DNA from: the human T2T-CHM13v2.0 reference genome, Homo sapiens
Length of the DNA: 64,000 nucleotides
Assembly (NCBI RefSeq): GCF_009914755.1
Contig: NC_060927.1
Direction: 5' to 3' (one strand)
Positions 42,375-56,768 of the stretch are shown one piece after another. The position numbers and the translations under genes are program-made. The notes under the pieces are model-generated. The model was not told where the DNA came from. It searched no databases and saw nothing but the letters and a program-made list of their open reading frames with translations. The first letter of the stretch is position 1. Every line of letters starts with the position of its first letter.

Positions 42375-43350
42375 ATCACATCACCTCTGTTTACTCCTGA
42401 AAATATTTAACCTGAATCTAATCATGAGGAGACAGCCAGACAAATCCAATTTGAGGACATTTTGCCAAATAATCTGACTGGACTCTTAAAAAATGTCAAG
42501 GTATCAAAAGACAGAAAAAGTCTGGGAAACTGTTCTAAATTAAAGGAGACTACGGGAGACAGGACATCTAAAAGCATTACATAATTCTTTATTGGATCTT
42601 GGATTTAAAAAAAAACACTGTCTTAGTCCATTTAAGCTATAACAAAGCACCTTAGACTGGGTAACTTATAAACAACCCAAATTTATTGCTCACAGTTCTG
42701 GAGGCAGGGAGGTCCAATATTAAGGTGCCAGCAGATTGATGTCTGGTGAAGCCTTGCTCTCTGTTTTATTGATGGTACCTTTTGTGTTCTCACGTGATGA
42801 GGGACAAGGCAGTTCCTTTCAACCTCTTTTGTAAGAGCACGAATCCCAGTCATGGAGGCTCTACCCTCTTGACTTAATTACCTCCTAAAGGCCCCACCTC
42901 TTAATACTACCACATTGACAATTAATTTCAACATATGAATTTAGGGGACATATTCAGACCATAACACCCAACAACAACACCACCAATAACTATGAAGGAC
43001 ATTGTTTTGGGACAATTAGGGAAATTTGAATATGGACTACATATTAGATAATGCATATATCAAGGTTACATTTTCTAAATGTGTGGTTGCATTTTGGTTA
43101 TATAGGAGAATGCCTTTGTTCTAGGGGGATAAATGCTGAAGTATTTAGGGATGAAGTATGACGTCTGTAAATAGTTTAACTCTCAAATATTCATCAAAAA
43201 CTGTATGTACATACAGAAACAGAGAGGACAATAAGACAAATGTAGCAGAATGTTAACAATTGATGAAATTTGATGAAAGCCCTAAGGCATTAACTTTACT
43301 ACTCTTGCAAATCGTCAGTAGGTTTGAAAATTTTTCAAAATAAAATGTGG
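42375..43350 (+). mobile_element. L1MC4/5-like 3' remnant split by a MaLR LTR
   Basis: 'aacctgaatctaatcatgagga..cagacaaatccaatttgaggacatt', 'tgctgaagtatttaggg'. Confidence 0.7.
42619..42966 (-). mobile_element. MSTD/MLT1A-like MaLR LTR
   Basis: 'tgtcttagtccattt..aaatttattgctcacagttctggaggc..attcagaccataaca'. Confidence 0.85.
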
Positions 43351-43839
43351 GAATATAATGAATTTGGGCTTTATTTTAGAATCAAAAGAAGCTATGGAAA
43401 GATGGTAGCCAATAATCAGGATTTGTAAATAAGGGATCAAAACCAGATTCAAACAGGAAAGTTACTAACTTGTGATCAGACATGATGGATGATGCTGGTC
43501 CCCAGATTTCAGAATCCAGATCCCCTCAGGTCCTACCACTCTGCTCCCAACTTTTCTCTCATTCCTGTTTCTCTGTAACACTTGGCCTCATTCTTTCTAA
43601 TTACAGACAAGAGTCCTCTGCCAGGGAACAGTGGCCTCAGGCGAGTCTGAGATTGCTTTTTTACTGTCTCTGAACCCTACCTCCACTAACAGATTCTATT
43701 TGAGGTTAACCAATTGCCAAGAAAGAAAGCATTCTCAATGGTCCTGGGGGGGTCCATAGGTTGCCCTTTGACCAATCACTGAGGTCACTGATGTGAGCGA
43801 CAATAATTGCTTCTCTCTGGTCCTGCACTTGCCCCGTGA

Positions 43840-44320
43840 ATCAGTTTCTCCTCTGAGAAGCAGATGCCAAGGAAGGATTAGATTTACAAGAAATGTATTG
43901 GGGGAAATGTTAGGAAAGGATAGACTGGAAGGGAGCTGGAGTAGGCAGGGAGAGCCTTCAGACTGTGATGCAGGCTTGACATTTGGGAAAGAAGAGAGGA
44001 AAGGAAGGACTAAGTAGGAAGAGCCTCAGGCCACAGCACAGATCTAAGAAAGTCTTGTCTGGGCTAATGGCGAGTGCCCACAAAATGACGGTCCATTGGA
44101 AAAGCACTACATCAGGTAGGAATGTCCTACTTCTAGACCCCCACCATGCTCATTGGCTGGGAGCAGCTTTGGGGAAGCATGGTCTTGATATAAACACCAT
44201 GGTCCATCCCAAGATGCAGCATCTGGGGCCTGTAAATTGACTATACCACCACTCCTCCAGTAGATATTTGAATTGCACTCAGAAGGAGATTTGAATTGCA
44301 CACTTCACAGTTGCCACACT
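43840..44320 (-). mobile_element. LTR16-type ERVL LTR
   Basis: 'gaagcagatgcc..gcagggagagccttcagactgtgatgcagg..gaagagcctcag'. Confidence 0.6.
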
Positions 44321-44342
44321 CTGTGGGTTAGAAAGGGAATGG

Positions 44343-44869
44343 ATACCGGGTATATATCCAAGTCAAAAGAAATCATTTTACCAAAAAGGTAAATGTACTC
44401 GATTGTTCATTGCAACACTGTTCACAGTAGCAAAGACAGGGAATCAATATAAGTGCCCATCAGTGGTGGACTAAATAAAGAAAATGTGCTACATATATAC
44501 CATGGAACACTATGCAGCCATAAAAGGAATGAAATCATGTGCTTTACTGCAGCATGGGTGTAGTTGGAGGCCATTATACTAAGTGAATTAGTACAGGAAC
44601 AGGAAACCAAATACTACGTGTTCTTACATATAAGTGGGAGCTAAACATTGAGTACACATGGACATAAAGATGAAAACAGTAGACACTGGGGACTACTGGT
44701 GGGGAGGATCGAAAGGGAGACCAGGGTTGAAAAACCACCTATTGGGTACTATTGTCACTACTTGGGTGATGGAATCATTTGTACACCAAACCTCAGTGAC
44801 GTGCAATGTACCCATGTAACAAACCTGCACATGTACCCCCTGAAACTAAAATAAAAGTTGAAAAAAAAC
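44343..44869 (+). mobile_element. L1PB/late-L1PA 3' end
   Basis: 'aacctgcacatgtaccccctgaaactaaaataaaagttg'. TSD aaagggaatgg at 44332-44342 and 44870-44880. Confidence 0.9.
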
Positions 44870-45194
44870 AAAGGGAATGGGGAAAATGTAAGAAGAGATG
44901 TTGGACAAGAAAAAGCTTGAAAGTGTATTTGTCCTGGAGGGAAAGAATCCTGCCTTTTCTTTGACTTTCAGTCTTCAGTTCTTTGAATCATTATATTCTT
45001 ACACAGTAATAGATGTATAATAATTAAATTTATATTCTGGAGATGATCACAAAATAAGAGGTATAAAAGATTTTATTTAATAATTGTAATGTAGCTTAGT
45101 CTAGCTGGAGTGATTCCTTTGAAGGTAAAAATGCATTTGATGTGTTTCTGGTGTGTTAAAGATTTGCTTGTCTTAGTACCCTAACTTCCTATGT

Positions 45195-45300
45195 TTTCTT
45201 TTTCCTTTTCCTTTTTTTTTTTTTCCGAGATGGAGTTTTGCTCTTGTTGTCCAGGCTAGAGTACAATGGCTCGATCTTAGCTCACTGCAACCTCTACCTC
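45195..45300 (-). mobile_element. Alu 3' fragment
   Basis: Poly(T) + 'gagatggagttttgctcttgttg..cactgcaacctct'. Confidence 0.85.
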
Positions 45301-45757
45301 TCGTATGTTTATTGCAGCACTAATCACAATAGCAAAGACTTGGAACCAACCCAAATGTCCATCAACGATAGACTGGATTAAGAAAATGTGGCACATATAC
45401 ACCATGGAATACTATGCAGGCATAAAAAGGATGAGTTCATCTCCTTTGTAGCGACATGGATGAAGCTGGAAACCATCATTCTTAGCAAACTATCGCAAGG
45501 ACAGAAAACCAAACACCACATGTTCTCACTCATAAGTGGGAATTGAACAATGAGAACACTTGGACACAGGATGGGGAACATCACATGCCAGGGCCTGTGG
45601 TGGGGTGGGGGGATGGGGAGGGATAGCATTAGGAAAAATACCTAATGTAAATAACGAGTTAATGGGTGCAGCAAACCAACATGGCACATGTATACCTATG
45701 TAACAAACCTGCACGTTGTGCACATGTACCCTAGAACTTAAAGCATTAAAAAAAAAA
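45301..45757 (+). mobile_element. L1PA (PA5-7-like) 3' end
   Basis: 'gtatgtttattgcagcact..gcacatgtaccctagaacttaaag' + poly(A). Confidence 0.92.
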
Positions 45758-46645
45758 GTCAAAATAGTGGGGAGGAGGGGGAGGAGTGAGTGGGAGGGAG
45801 TGGCTGGATTAGGAGTGGCTCCTGTGCGCAGGCAGTGACCTAGTTTTAAATCTGGATTATGGTCACATGGGTGTATTCACCTTGTGAAATTTCATTGAAT
45901 TTTACATGTATGTAAAATTATTTAGGCACTTTTCTGCATGTACACTTGAATCTTTCAAAGTCTATTAAAATTATGGATCAGGAGTAATTAGGATTGTGGA
46001 GTCACCATGGAGTTTGAGAAATTAGTCTTTACATAATTGCTCAGAATTGACATGGTGGATAGTTTTCGGCCCAGCTGTGGGACAATAGAGACTTTTTCAG
46101 CATAAAGCATGTATCAGCTGTGGGACTATACAGGAGTTAATGGCAGAGCCACTGGCATTTTAAAGATGTGCTTCATGTTAAAACCCTTTTCATGTACGTT
46201 CATTCACATGAGTTCCACACAACAACCCTGAGAGTAGCAATTGCCATCACAGCAATCTCCAGGTGAGAAAACCAATACTCAGAAAATCAAGTGATTTATT
46301 TAATGTGTCTTAGCTAGTAAGCAGTGGATTCAGAGTTAAAGCCCAGGGAAGTTGGCCCCAAAACTTGTGTTGGCTCATCTTCCCCACCCTGCCTCCAGAT
46401 ATTTTAGTAATTGGCAACTTCCCCTCACTCACATAATATTGTATCTAGGTAGCACGGTTCTGGTAATTATCTATACATTTCTATCATAGGGAAAAAATTC
46501 TATAATTTTCTTGGTGCTTACTCTGTTTACCAATTAGATTTGTCTTTATTGTTTTAATTTTTAACTCGGTACTTTTTTTAGAATTAGTACATTAAAGAGT
46601 TATTTTTATTTAGGCTTTTACATTATAAAAGAAGTATAACAACAT

Positions 46646-46925
<280 letters not shown>

Positions 46926-47386
46926 GGAAGCATAATGACATTAAAGGAAATTGAGAAATTAAGAAGTCATCCACAATCTTGCCATCCTAATCCAATCACT
47001 ATTTACATACTTTTTCTTGTTTTTATGAAATTCCTTTTTTAAGCCCTTTTGTTGAGGAATGATTGACATACAAAAAGCTGTACATATGTACATATTTAAT
47101 ATGTAGAGCTTGACTTTGGAGGTAGGCCAATTACTACTTAAATTGTAGTATTCCTTTTAAATCTTTTCTCATACGTTTATTTTTTTCTACTTTTTGCACT
47201 TAAGAATACATATCCTAGAGTTTTAACAGTATTTAAGGCTACATTTTTAGAAATTCTTTTTTGTATCGAGAGTAAACATTCTTGTTATTAAAAAAATTGC
47301 AAACTGAAAAAATATGAAGAAAAAATAAAAACTATCTTAATTGCACGACTGAGCAAGAACTAGTACTAATCATTTATCAGGTTTCA

Positions 47387-47605
47387 TTTGAACACATAGA
47401 CACAGGGAGGGGAACAACAGACACTGGGGCCTGTTGGGAGGTGGAGAAGGAGGGAGAGCATCAGGACAAATAGCTAATGTATGCTGGGCTTAACACCTAG
47501 GTGATGGGTTGATAGCTGCAGGAAACCACCATGGCACATGTTTATCTGTGTAACAAACCTGCACATCCTTCACAAGCACCCCAGAACTTAAAATAAAATA
47601 AAATT
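47387..47605 (+). mobile_element. L1PA (PA11-13-like) 3' end
   Basis: 'gagagcatcaggacaaatagctaatg..ccagaacttaaaataaaat'. Confidence 0.85.
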
Positions 47606-47905
47606 TTTATAAAATGTACTGGGTTTCTTTCCATTGCTTGTTTTCTAGGGATATGAAATATTCATTTAGAAATTGGAATCACACTATATATACAAAATTG
47701 CATTCTACTTTTTTCTCACTTACCATATTCTTCCAGGCCATCAAATATTCTTTGAAACCATAATGTTAATGCCACATAACAAATATTGGATTAAAATATT
47801 TAAAAGGAAAACAATAGGGAAAACAATTCCCCATACAACATTTTTATTTTTAATATCCTCTTCTATTTTATGAACATATAAGAATATAGTTTTTGATGTA
47901 ATTTT

Positions 47906-48145
47906 TTTTTTTTTTTTTTTTTTGAGACGGAGTCTCTGTCGCCCAGGCTGGAGTGCATTGATGCAATCTCGGCTCACTGCAAGCTCCGCCTCCTGCCTCA
48001 GCCTCCTGAGTAGCTGGGACTATACAGGTGCCCGCCACCAGGCCCGGCTAATATTTTGTATTTTTAATAGAGACGGGGTTTCACCGTGTTAGCCAGGATG
48101 GTCTCCATCTCCCGACCTCGTGATCCGCCCGCCTCGGCCTCCCGA
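47906..48145 (-). mobile_element. 5'-truncated AluY with small internal deletion
   Basis: TSD gatgtaatttt at 47895-47905 and 48146-48156. Confidence 0.9.
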
Positions 48146-50172
48146 GATGTAATTTTAAAGACTGCAAGTCTTTTAAGAGCAGGAGGTACTTGGAATAAAG
48201 TACAGGATCTAGCCTTGAATCAAAATGAGACCTCACCAGGGGTGCTGCCAAGCGGGGGACGGCCTATCAAAATGTTTAGATTGTGTATAACTATTATTTC
48301 TGGGTTAAAGAAAATAGAAACTGGTATTTAATATTTATTTATAAAAATAAAGGGAGCTTTACATTATTAGGGCAAAATAGTCTATGGGTAATGATGTCAA
48401 ATGAAGCTATATATTTGAATATACCACAATATCTTCAGCCTTGCATATGTACCCACTGGCCTACTTGCCAGAAATTTGTCCACCACCAAGTTTCTTTGTG
48501 GCATTCCCATGATCTTCTCTGTGCTATGAGTCCTGGAACCAGCCTAGTCACAGGATTGCCATTGGCAATAGTAGAGTTCTGCTAGCTGCCATCATCACTC
48601 CCTCCACCGTAACTGCTTTAGGATTCATCCAGGTTCTGGGTCAAGGACAGAAAGAAGAGGAATTCCCTTTCTTTCCCACTCCAAAGACTGTCAAGTTTCT
48701 TCCTTCGAGCTTCGCTGGATCCCGGGATTATTAACAGGTGAAACAACCATTCTCTTTAAAGAAATCCTTACTCCTTTTACTAGGAAGAGATCGTATTGTC
48801 TTGGCCCCAAGAAGGCAATAGCAAATTAGTTCAGTCTTGGCCAGTGTCCCATGGTCTGATTCATTCTTTCTTATCCAGGATTTTTGGAGCGACAGATGCC
48901 TCATAAATATAAATAGGTCAACTTGATCTCACCTAAAATAAAAATGTGTTGGAAAAATCAAAATGTGTTGGAACAAAGAACCACAGTTTGTGTTCCAATC
49001 AGATTCAGGCTGCCCATTTGGGAATACTGAAAAAAAGAGGGAGACAAAAATTATAAAATAAGATTACACACAGTGTCCAAGTAACAAGTTCTGTGCCTGT
49101 TTCCACTTCTTTAAGTCCATTGTAATGAGGAACGCCCTCTGACTTGAAAGCAAAGATTCAACTAAAATAACTGGCTATCCTGTCATTTTCCAAACAGGTA
49201 TGTTCATCAGATGCTTTAGAGGATTAGGGTTCAGCTTTGTGGCTATTTATTTCAGCCCTGGATGATGCAGACAAGTGCTCATAAATATGAAGAACCTGGA
49301 GGCTGTGTTGTGCCTTCAGTCCCACATTTAGCAAATTATGGATGTTCTACATGTTGTGTAATAGTTATATATTCCTGATTTAAAACTGCATCTTGTTGAT
49401 GGAACTAATGGAAATAAATACACGACTACTTTTTAAAGCTTACACATTATTTTTGACACTGTGGGTATATATAAAGTTATTGTTTACATTGTAGATATAC
49501 ATGAAGTATACCCTGTGGGTGTATGTTTCTGTCTAAAATTCACTGAGAATCTCCTGTCTTCTAAGACTGTCCTGTTCTTTGCCATGTTTGCCTGAGAATG
49601 AAGAAAAGAAACTTTATGGGAATGAACCCTTAAGAATAGAGAGAACACTATGCTTGCCTTCAACTACTCAGGACATTTTTTAATTCTTCCCCCAGTGTTC
49701 CCTTCTCTGAACATTCCTCACTCTCAATATTTATAAGACCCTGAAATCCACTGTTTCCTTGATACAGGCTAGAATTATGTGCTCTGTGAATGTCTGTACA
49801 GCAGGAGAGGAAGGAGAGCCAGAGGAAAACACAGGGAATGCTAATAAAGAGTCTCATGGTGGTAAAATAAAATTGTTCCACTGACATTTACATGGTAATA
49901 CAAAGGAGAAGCCTGTTCAGTCATGTTTTATAGTCATAGAGCCTAATTTAACTTAAAAAAGAGTAGCATCATTGCCAAAAGCCACATGCTTATATATATA
50001 AAAATTGATATATAAATAAACTTGATATATTTATAAACTTGACATACATATTATATATAAAAATATATATATATTTATATAGTATATGTACTCTATATAA
50101 AGTTAACACTGTTATATGCATATATCAAGTTATATATATCAAGATTAAATGTAATCTTGATATATATCAAGT

Positions 50173-50536
50173 TGACATGGTTTGGCTGTGACCCCACCCA
50201 AATCTCATCTTGAATTGCAGTTCCCATAATCCCCATGTGCCATGGGAGGGACCTGGTGGGAAGTGATTGGAACATGGAGGTAGTTCCCCCCATGCTGTTC
50301 TCATATTAGTAAGTGAGTCCTCATGAGATCTGATGGTTTTATAAGCATCTGGCATTTCCTTTGCTGGCACTCAATCTCTCTCCTGCCACCCTGTGAAGAG
50401 GTGCTTTCCACCATGATTGTAAGTTTCCTGAGGCCTCCCAAGTCGTGTGGAACTGTGAGTCAATTAAACCTCTTTTCCTTATAAATTATCAAGTCTCAGG
50501 TGTTTCTTTATAGCAGCGTGAGAATGGGCTAATACA
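50173..50536 (+). mobile_element. THE1 (B/C/D) solo LTR
   Basis: 'tgacatggtttggctgtg..ccacccaaatctcatcttgaattg' to 'ctaataca'. TSD CAAGT on both sides. Confidence 0.95.
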
Positions 50537-52198
50537 CAAGTTTATATTTTCATCAAATATATGAATATGTATTTATATACGTACTTGATAATATATACAT
50601 ATGTGTGTAGTATACATACATTTATGTGTGTATATATTATATATTATTATATTATAATTATATATATATATACTTGATATATGTATTCTCAAGTGAAAAA
50701 GAATACATAATTTCACTTTTTCTAGGTCAAATGTAATTTCTGATTATAATCCTGCTGGGCCCCCCTGCAAGTTATCTTCAGGAAAGAAGCTCAGTAAATT
50801 TGGAGTCTGGTTGAATTTCAAATTTGATTTTAAGTTCATTTATATTTGGAGATGCTGTGTTGTTTTCCTTCTCTAATTTCAAATAGAACAGCAACCGTGG
50901 ACTGAAACTCTTGGTGTAAATAACAAGGAAGTTCTAACAATGAAGCTTTCCTGTTAAAGAGCAAGAATATTCCCATCTTTGAAGAGAATATAAATTATTT
51001 CAGAGTAATACAGTGGGTAATGCCTGTTCTCAATAGGTAAATCAATTGCCAAGGCCCTGAGTTGAAAGTTTTCTTGAGATAAAGAACCAAGCCTTTGAAA
51101 TATCTGTCCTGGATATCAATTAGGTTAGAAGTCCAATCTCCCATCCCCACTTCTGAGAACTGCCTCCTGTATAATGAACATAGTGGCACAGCCAAGGCTG
51201 ATTAGATTGGGGCACCTGATCTAAACAGGAAGTTGGAGCTGAGACTAAGAGCAAGCAAGATTAAGGGTGGTGAAACTAGTAACATGCCAACTTAGACATC
51301 ATTAGCAGTGGCTGTTAAACTATGGTGTTACAAAACAGAAGAAGCTTGGAAACAGAATGGTAAAGAATTTCAAGGCTCTATCAGGCATTCTAGGATAGTC
51401 TCTGGTCCTAATTTGATCCTGAATCCAGCTACATTTTGCCTTTGGGTTTCCTGGTGGCCACTGTCATCTTTATAATGAACTCAGTTTTCAGCCAAAGTTA
51501 AATCCATCAAGCTTCTGTTACTTTCAACCAGAACCAGGAGAAACCCTAGACAATACTTTTAGAAATTAACTTTTATAATTATTTACTTAAAGCTAAAACT
51601 GTTCCTGTTTTAAATCCTAAATTCAGAGTAGCCCGATATGAGTATTTTTATGAATTTTGAGGTTTTAAAAAGATGGTAGAGAATTTTCAAAACACATCAT
51701 TTTGTTATTTTGATTCTGTATGTTCCTTTACAGAAGAATTTTAAAAACAAGTCAAAAATAGAGAAGAAAACTTAATGCCTTTTCCTAAAGACTAATTGGT
51801 AATTCAGGACATATATTTTTAGGGAAGAGTTTACATTTCTGAGTCTTTCCTAATGGTGGATTTGACCATTCCCTCCTTGTGTATCAAAGCATATTGCTTT
51901 ATGACTATTATAAATGTATCATGTTGTATAGTAATTAGTTATTAATCTTTGAAATTCATTACCACTTGACTCTCTGCTACACATTAGGAATACGAGGGTG
52001 AGAAAGCTACAGGATCAGTCCTCAAGGGAAGACAAACAGGCATAACATGTCAGGTGGGACTTTGTCTCTGCCTCAATGGTTGACAAGTGCCTGCATATTC
52101 AAGAGAAGGCAAGGAATTGCTAAGAAGCAACTAAGTCAATTCTGTGACTCTAAGCTCTTCATACAAATTCAGTCTATAAAAGAGAAGCTTCTTTTTTT

Positions 52199-54268
52199 GG
52201 ATAGAGCAAGATGGTGGAATAGAAAGCTCTCCCTTGCAAGGACACCAAGTTAACAACCATCCACACTGAAAAAAACAACTTCATAAGAACTAAAAATCAG
52301 GTAAGCACACATAGTACCCGGTTTTAACTTTGTATCACTGAAAGAGACACTGAAGATGTAGGAAAAACAGGCTTGAATCACCAGTGCCCGCCTCCTCTAC
52401 CCCCAGCAGCAGCAGGATGGTGCGAAGAGCATCTCTGGGCACTGGGGAAGGGAGAACACATCAATTGTGAGTTATTGAGCCCAGTGCTGTCCTCTCAGAG
52501 CAGAAAGAAAAACTGGACCAAACTCAGCTGATGCCCATCCACAGAGGAGGCATTTAAATCAACCCTAGCCAGAGGGGAATCGCAGATCCCAGCTGTCAGA
52601 ACTCAAGTGCCTGCAAACCTCACCACTGAGGGCTATAGTACTCCGTGACTCCAAATAAATTTGAAAGGCAGTCTAGGCCATAAACACAGCAACTCTTAGG
52701 CAAGACCTAGTGCTGAACTAGGCCCAGAGACAGTGGACTAGGGAGGCATACAACATACCAAGACACAAGCTGGGGCAGCCAAGGGAGTGCTGGCACCACC
52801 CCTCCCCTAACCCCAGGCTGCACAGCTGGCGGCTCCAAAGAGACCCCTTCTTTCCACTTGAGGAGAGGATGGGGAAAAGTGAGGAGGACTTTGTCTTGCA
52901 TCTTGGATACCAGCTAAGCTACAGCAAGACAGGGCAATGGTCAGAGTCATGAGGCCCCCATTCCAGGCCTTAGCTCCCAGATGACATTTCTAGACACACC
53001 CTGGACCAGAAAGGAACCCACTGCCTTGAAGGAAAGGACTCAGACCTACCAGAATTCATCACCTGCTAACTGAAGATCCCTTGGACCCTGAATAACCAGC
53101 AGTGATACCTAAGTCCTACCAAGGCCCTTGATGAGCCTCTGAGACTTGCTAGCTTAGGTGAGACTCAGCCCAAAACCAGCTGTGGTGGCTACAGGGCAAA
53201 ACTCTTTCAGCTTGAGGAAAGCAGAGAGAAAAGTAAAGGGGACTTCATCTTACACCTTGGGTACCAGCATGGCCACCATGGAGCAGAGCACCAAGCAGGC
53301 TCTTGGGGCTCTGATTCCAGGACTTGACTCTTGGACAGCATTTCTGAACCTATCCTGGGCCAGTGGGGAGCCCATTGCCCTGAAGGGTGAGTTCCAGGTC
53401 AGGAAGCATTCACCACAAGCTTACATGAGAGCCCTTGGGCCTTAAGGGAACATCTCTGGTAGTCTGGCAGTACTGGGGTGGCAGTGGCCATGGGCTCGTC
53501 TGCCTTTGGAAAAGGAGGGAAGAGTGGGAAGGACTGTGTCTTGTGGTTTGAGTGTTAGCTCAGCTGCAATGCAATAGAGCACCAAGTAGTAAGGTTTTTG
53601 ACTTCAGTCCCTGACTCCTGGACACCTTCGGACCCACACAAGGACTGGGGGACCTCGCTGCCCAAAAGGGAATGACACAAACCTGGCTGCCTTTGCCACC
53701 TGCTGATTGTAGAGCCCCAGGGCCTTAAGCAAACATAGGCAGTAGCCAGGGACTGGTTATAGCAGGCCTTGGGCGAGACCTAGTGCTGTGCTGGCTTCAG
53801 GTCTAACCCAATGCACTCATAGTGCTGGTGGCCACCGGGGTTCTTGTGTCACTCCACCCCCAGCTACAGGTGGCTCAGAATAGTTTTAGATGGTTCTGTT
53901 TGTTTGGGAGAAAGTGAGGGAAGAGAGCAAGAGTCTCTGCTTGATAATCTAGATAATTCTCCAAGATCTTGTCCAAGACCATCAAGGTGTCCATTCATCA
54001 AGAATGAATAAGACCTACTATTTGATAGCACAATAGGGTGACTATAGTCAATAATAACTGAATCGTACATTTTAAAATAACTTAAAGAGTATAATCGGAT
54101 TGTTTGTAACTCATAGGATAAATGCTTGAGACGATGGATAACCCATTCTCCCTTACATGCTTATTTCGCATCTCATGTACCCCTAAATATATGCACCAAC
54201 TACATACACATGAAAATAAAAAATTTAAAAAAGAAAAATCTACTGTCCAATCAGTAAAAAAAAAAAAA
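52199..54268 (+). mobile_element. Internally deleted L1MA2-like element: 5'UTR joined to 3' tip
   Basis: 5'UTR 'gagcaagatggtggaatagaa..' to ~53989, then 3'UTR 'agaatgaataagacctactatttgatagcacaataggg'. TSD ataaaagagaagc at 52176-52188 and 54269-54281. Confidence 0.85.
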
Positions 54269-55205
54269 ATAAAAGAGAAGCCTCATTTAAAAAAAAAGAA
54301 TTTATTTGAAGTTAATTCTTAGGAGTAGAGAGTTTTATGGTGATTCTCCTTCTTGCCCCATAAGGGACAAATACCCACTGACCCTTCAATACAAATTAGA
54401 GCTGCGAGGTTCTAGGAGTACAATAAGTGGTGCCCCTGGGCTTCAACTGTATGGAAATTGTTGTAATTCTCATCTGGAGACTGGTGGAGAATACAGCAAT
54501 GGCCTGAAAAAGAGATGGTTGTAATAGAAATGGCCTATACTTCCGGAGTTTGCTGGATTAAAAATACAAAAATTTACTGATGGGACAGGTGGACTCTATA
54601 GAAAGGTAGCCAACTAGTGTCATCCAGTTTGAGAGGACTGATCCTCAGGGTAAGGGAACTCTGGGAGTATTCTGCTGAAATGCAGAAGCTAAGGAGTGAA
54701 GAGGTTTATAGCAGAGCGAACGTCCAGTCAGTCGATGATCCCCAGGAGGATCACCCAAGAATCCACAAATCTACCCTATGAGAGAGAAGGCATTTAGGTC
54801 AGGGCATTTGTCCATCAAAAGAGACCCACAAGCAGCCTCAGTTAAATAAAAAGATCTTTGCTCCTACCTATTCTTTTCATTCCTCTTGCTGACCCCAGGC
54901 CTAGAGGTACCATATGCAGACACTGAGAATTAGATAAATGATGGGAAAGTTGGTATTAGATTGGATGCCACTTCTTAATATCTGAAGATGTGATTGTTCT
55001 TTAATATCTGAGGCTATTAAAAGCAATGAGATGTGTCCTACATGTTACTAGGAAGAAGGAATGGGGGATCTGCCAGTATTTGAAAACATTGGTGGAGAAA
55101 TCAAAACCAAATTCAATGGCTCCATAGACCAGTCAAACAAATAAACAGATAATTATAACAGTATGGGGTGCCATAGGGAAAACATGGGGGGTACCTGATG
55201 GGGTC

Positions 55206-55445
55206 TGATAACGTTTGGATTTGTGTCCCTGCCCAAATCTCATGTCCAATTGTAATCCACAATGTTGGGGGAGGGGCCTTGTAGGAGGTGATTGGATCAT
55301 GGGGGCAGATTTCCCCCTTGCTGTTCTCGTGATAGTGAGTGAGTTCTCATGAGATCGGATTGTTTAAAAGTGTGTAGCACCTCCCCATTCACTCTCTTCC
55401 TCCTGCTGCAGCATGTAAGATGTGACTGCTTCCCCTTTGCCTTGC
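55206..55445 (+). mobile_element. MSTA-like MaLR LTR, 3' truncated
   Basis: 'tgataacgtttggatttgtgtccctgcccaaatctcatg..ggaggtgattggatcatggggg'. Confidence 0.85.
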
Positions 55446-55469
55446 ACCTTGCAGTGCAAGGTCATGAAA

Positions 55470-55810
55470 TATAGGTTATGCTAAGGAGTATTCTTGGAAT
55501 CTATGGGAATCTAGAAAGAGTTTTAAGCAGGGAAGTAACATTTTAGAAAGGTCACTTTCTGCTGCTGTGTTCTTAAGAGGCCTGGGGTTGGGTCAAACTT
55601 GTTAAGAACATTTAACAATAGTCAAGGTCAGGGGTGTTGGTAGTTTGAACTAAGTTAATGGCAGTGAGGATGAGGAGAAAGTGGCAGATATCTAGCTCTT
55701 CAGGAAGTATCACCCAAAAAAACTGGTGATCAACTGAAGGACAGGATAGTTAAAGGGAATGGTTAAGGATGCATGTTTCCTTGTTTCTAGCTTAGGCAAC
55801 CAGATTTATT
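55470..55810 (-). mobile_element. L2 remnant
   Basis: 'gagttttaagcaggg..ttttagaaaggtcact..ggcagtgaggatgaggagaaagtgg'. Confidence 0.6.
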
Positions 55811-56461
55811 CAATCACCCAGTAAATGTATTTCCTGATATATTACCATATAATTTATGGATATGATCTGATAAATAATGTGGGTTTTCATAATTATAGTT
55901 TCCGGTTAGGCCTTAGTTTCAAGGATGGCAAATTCAAACTAAACCATAGAAATTGTCAAGCCCAACTAAAACCTATTAAAGTTGCCTGGTGTTGCAGTAT
56001 AGGTCCACCATGGTTGACTTGCTGATGATATGATTTTTCTCCCTGCCAAAAGTACGGTGCCAGCTATTGTTCTGAAGCTGACTTTTCTCAGCAACATAAG
56101 TGGCTTCATGTAGAGTCAGGAGTGTATCAATGGGTAGTGCATGGGTTATAGCCCCCTGCCCCTCATCTTATAAACCCAGTTTGCTGCCTACAATGTGCCA
56201 ATAGATCCACAGTTTCTAATCACAGGCATTTCTCTCTTCTGGATGTGAATGGTACATATTTGAGATTAAAAGTTCTTATGAGCTCGTTTCCAAATAGAGT
56301 ATTTTTAAAAGACAGTTCAGTCTTGTATGGTCCACTCAGCAAAATAAGCAATCAAATCATTAGCTATAATCTGCATGTACACACTATTGGCAAATGCTGA
56401 CCATAGGCTCAGATCGACAGAAAGATGTGTAGACACCTTGAAGAAGCTGGGTTTTAGCTGA

Positions 56462-56768
<307 letters not shown>

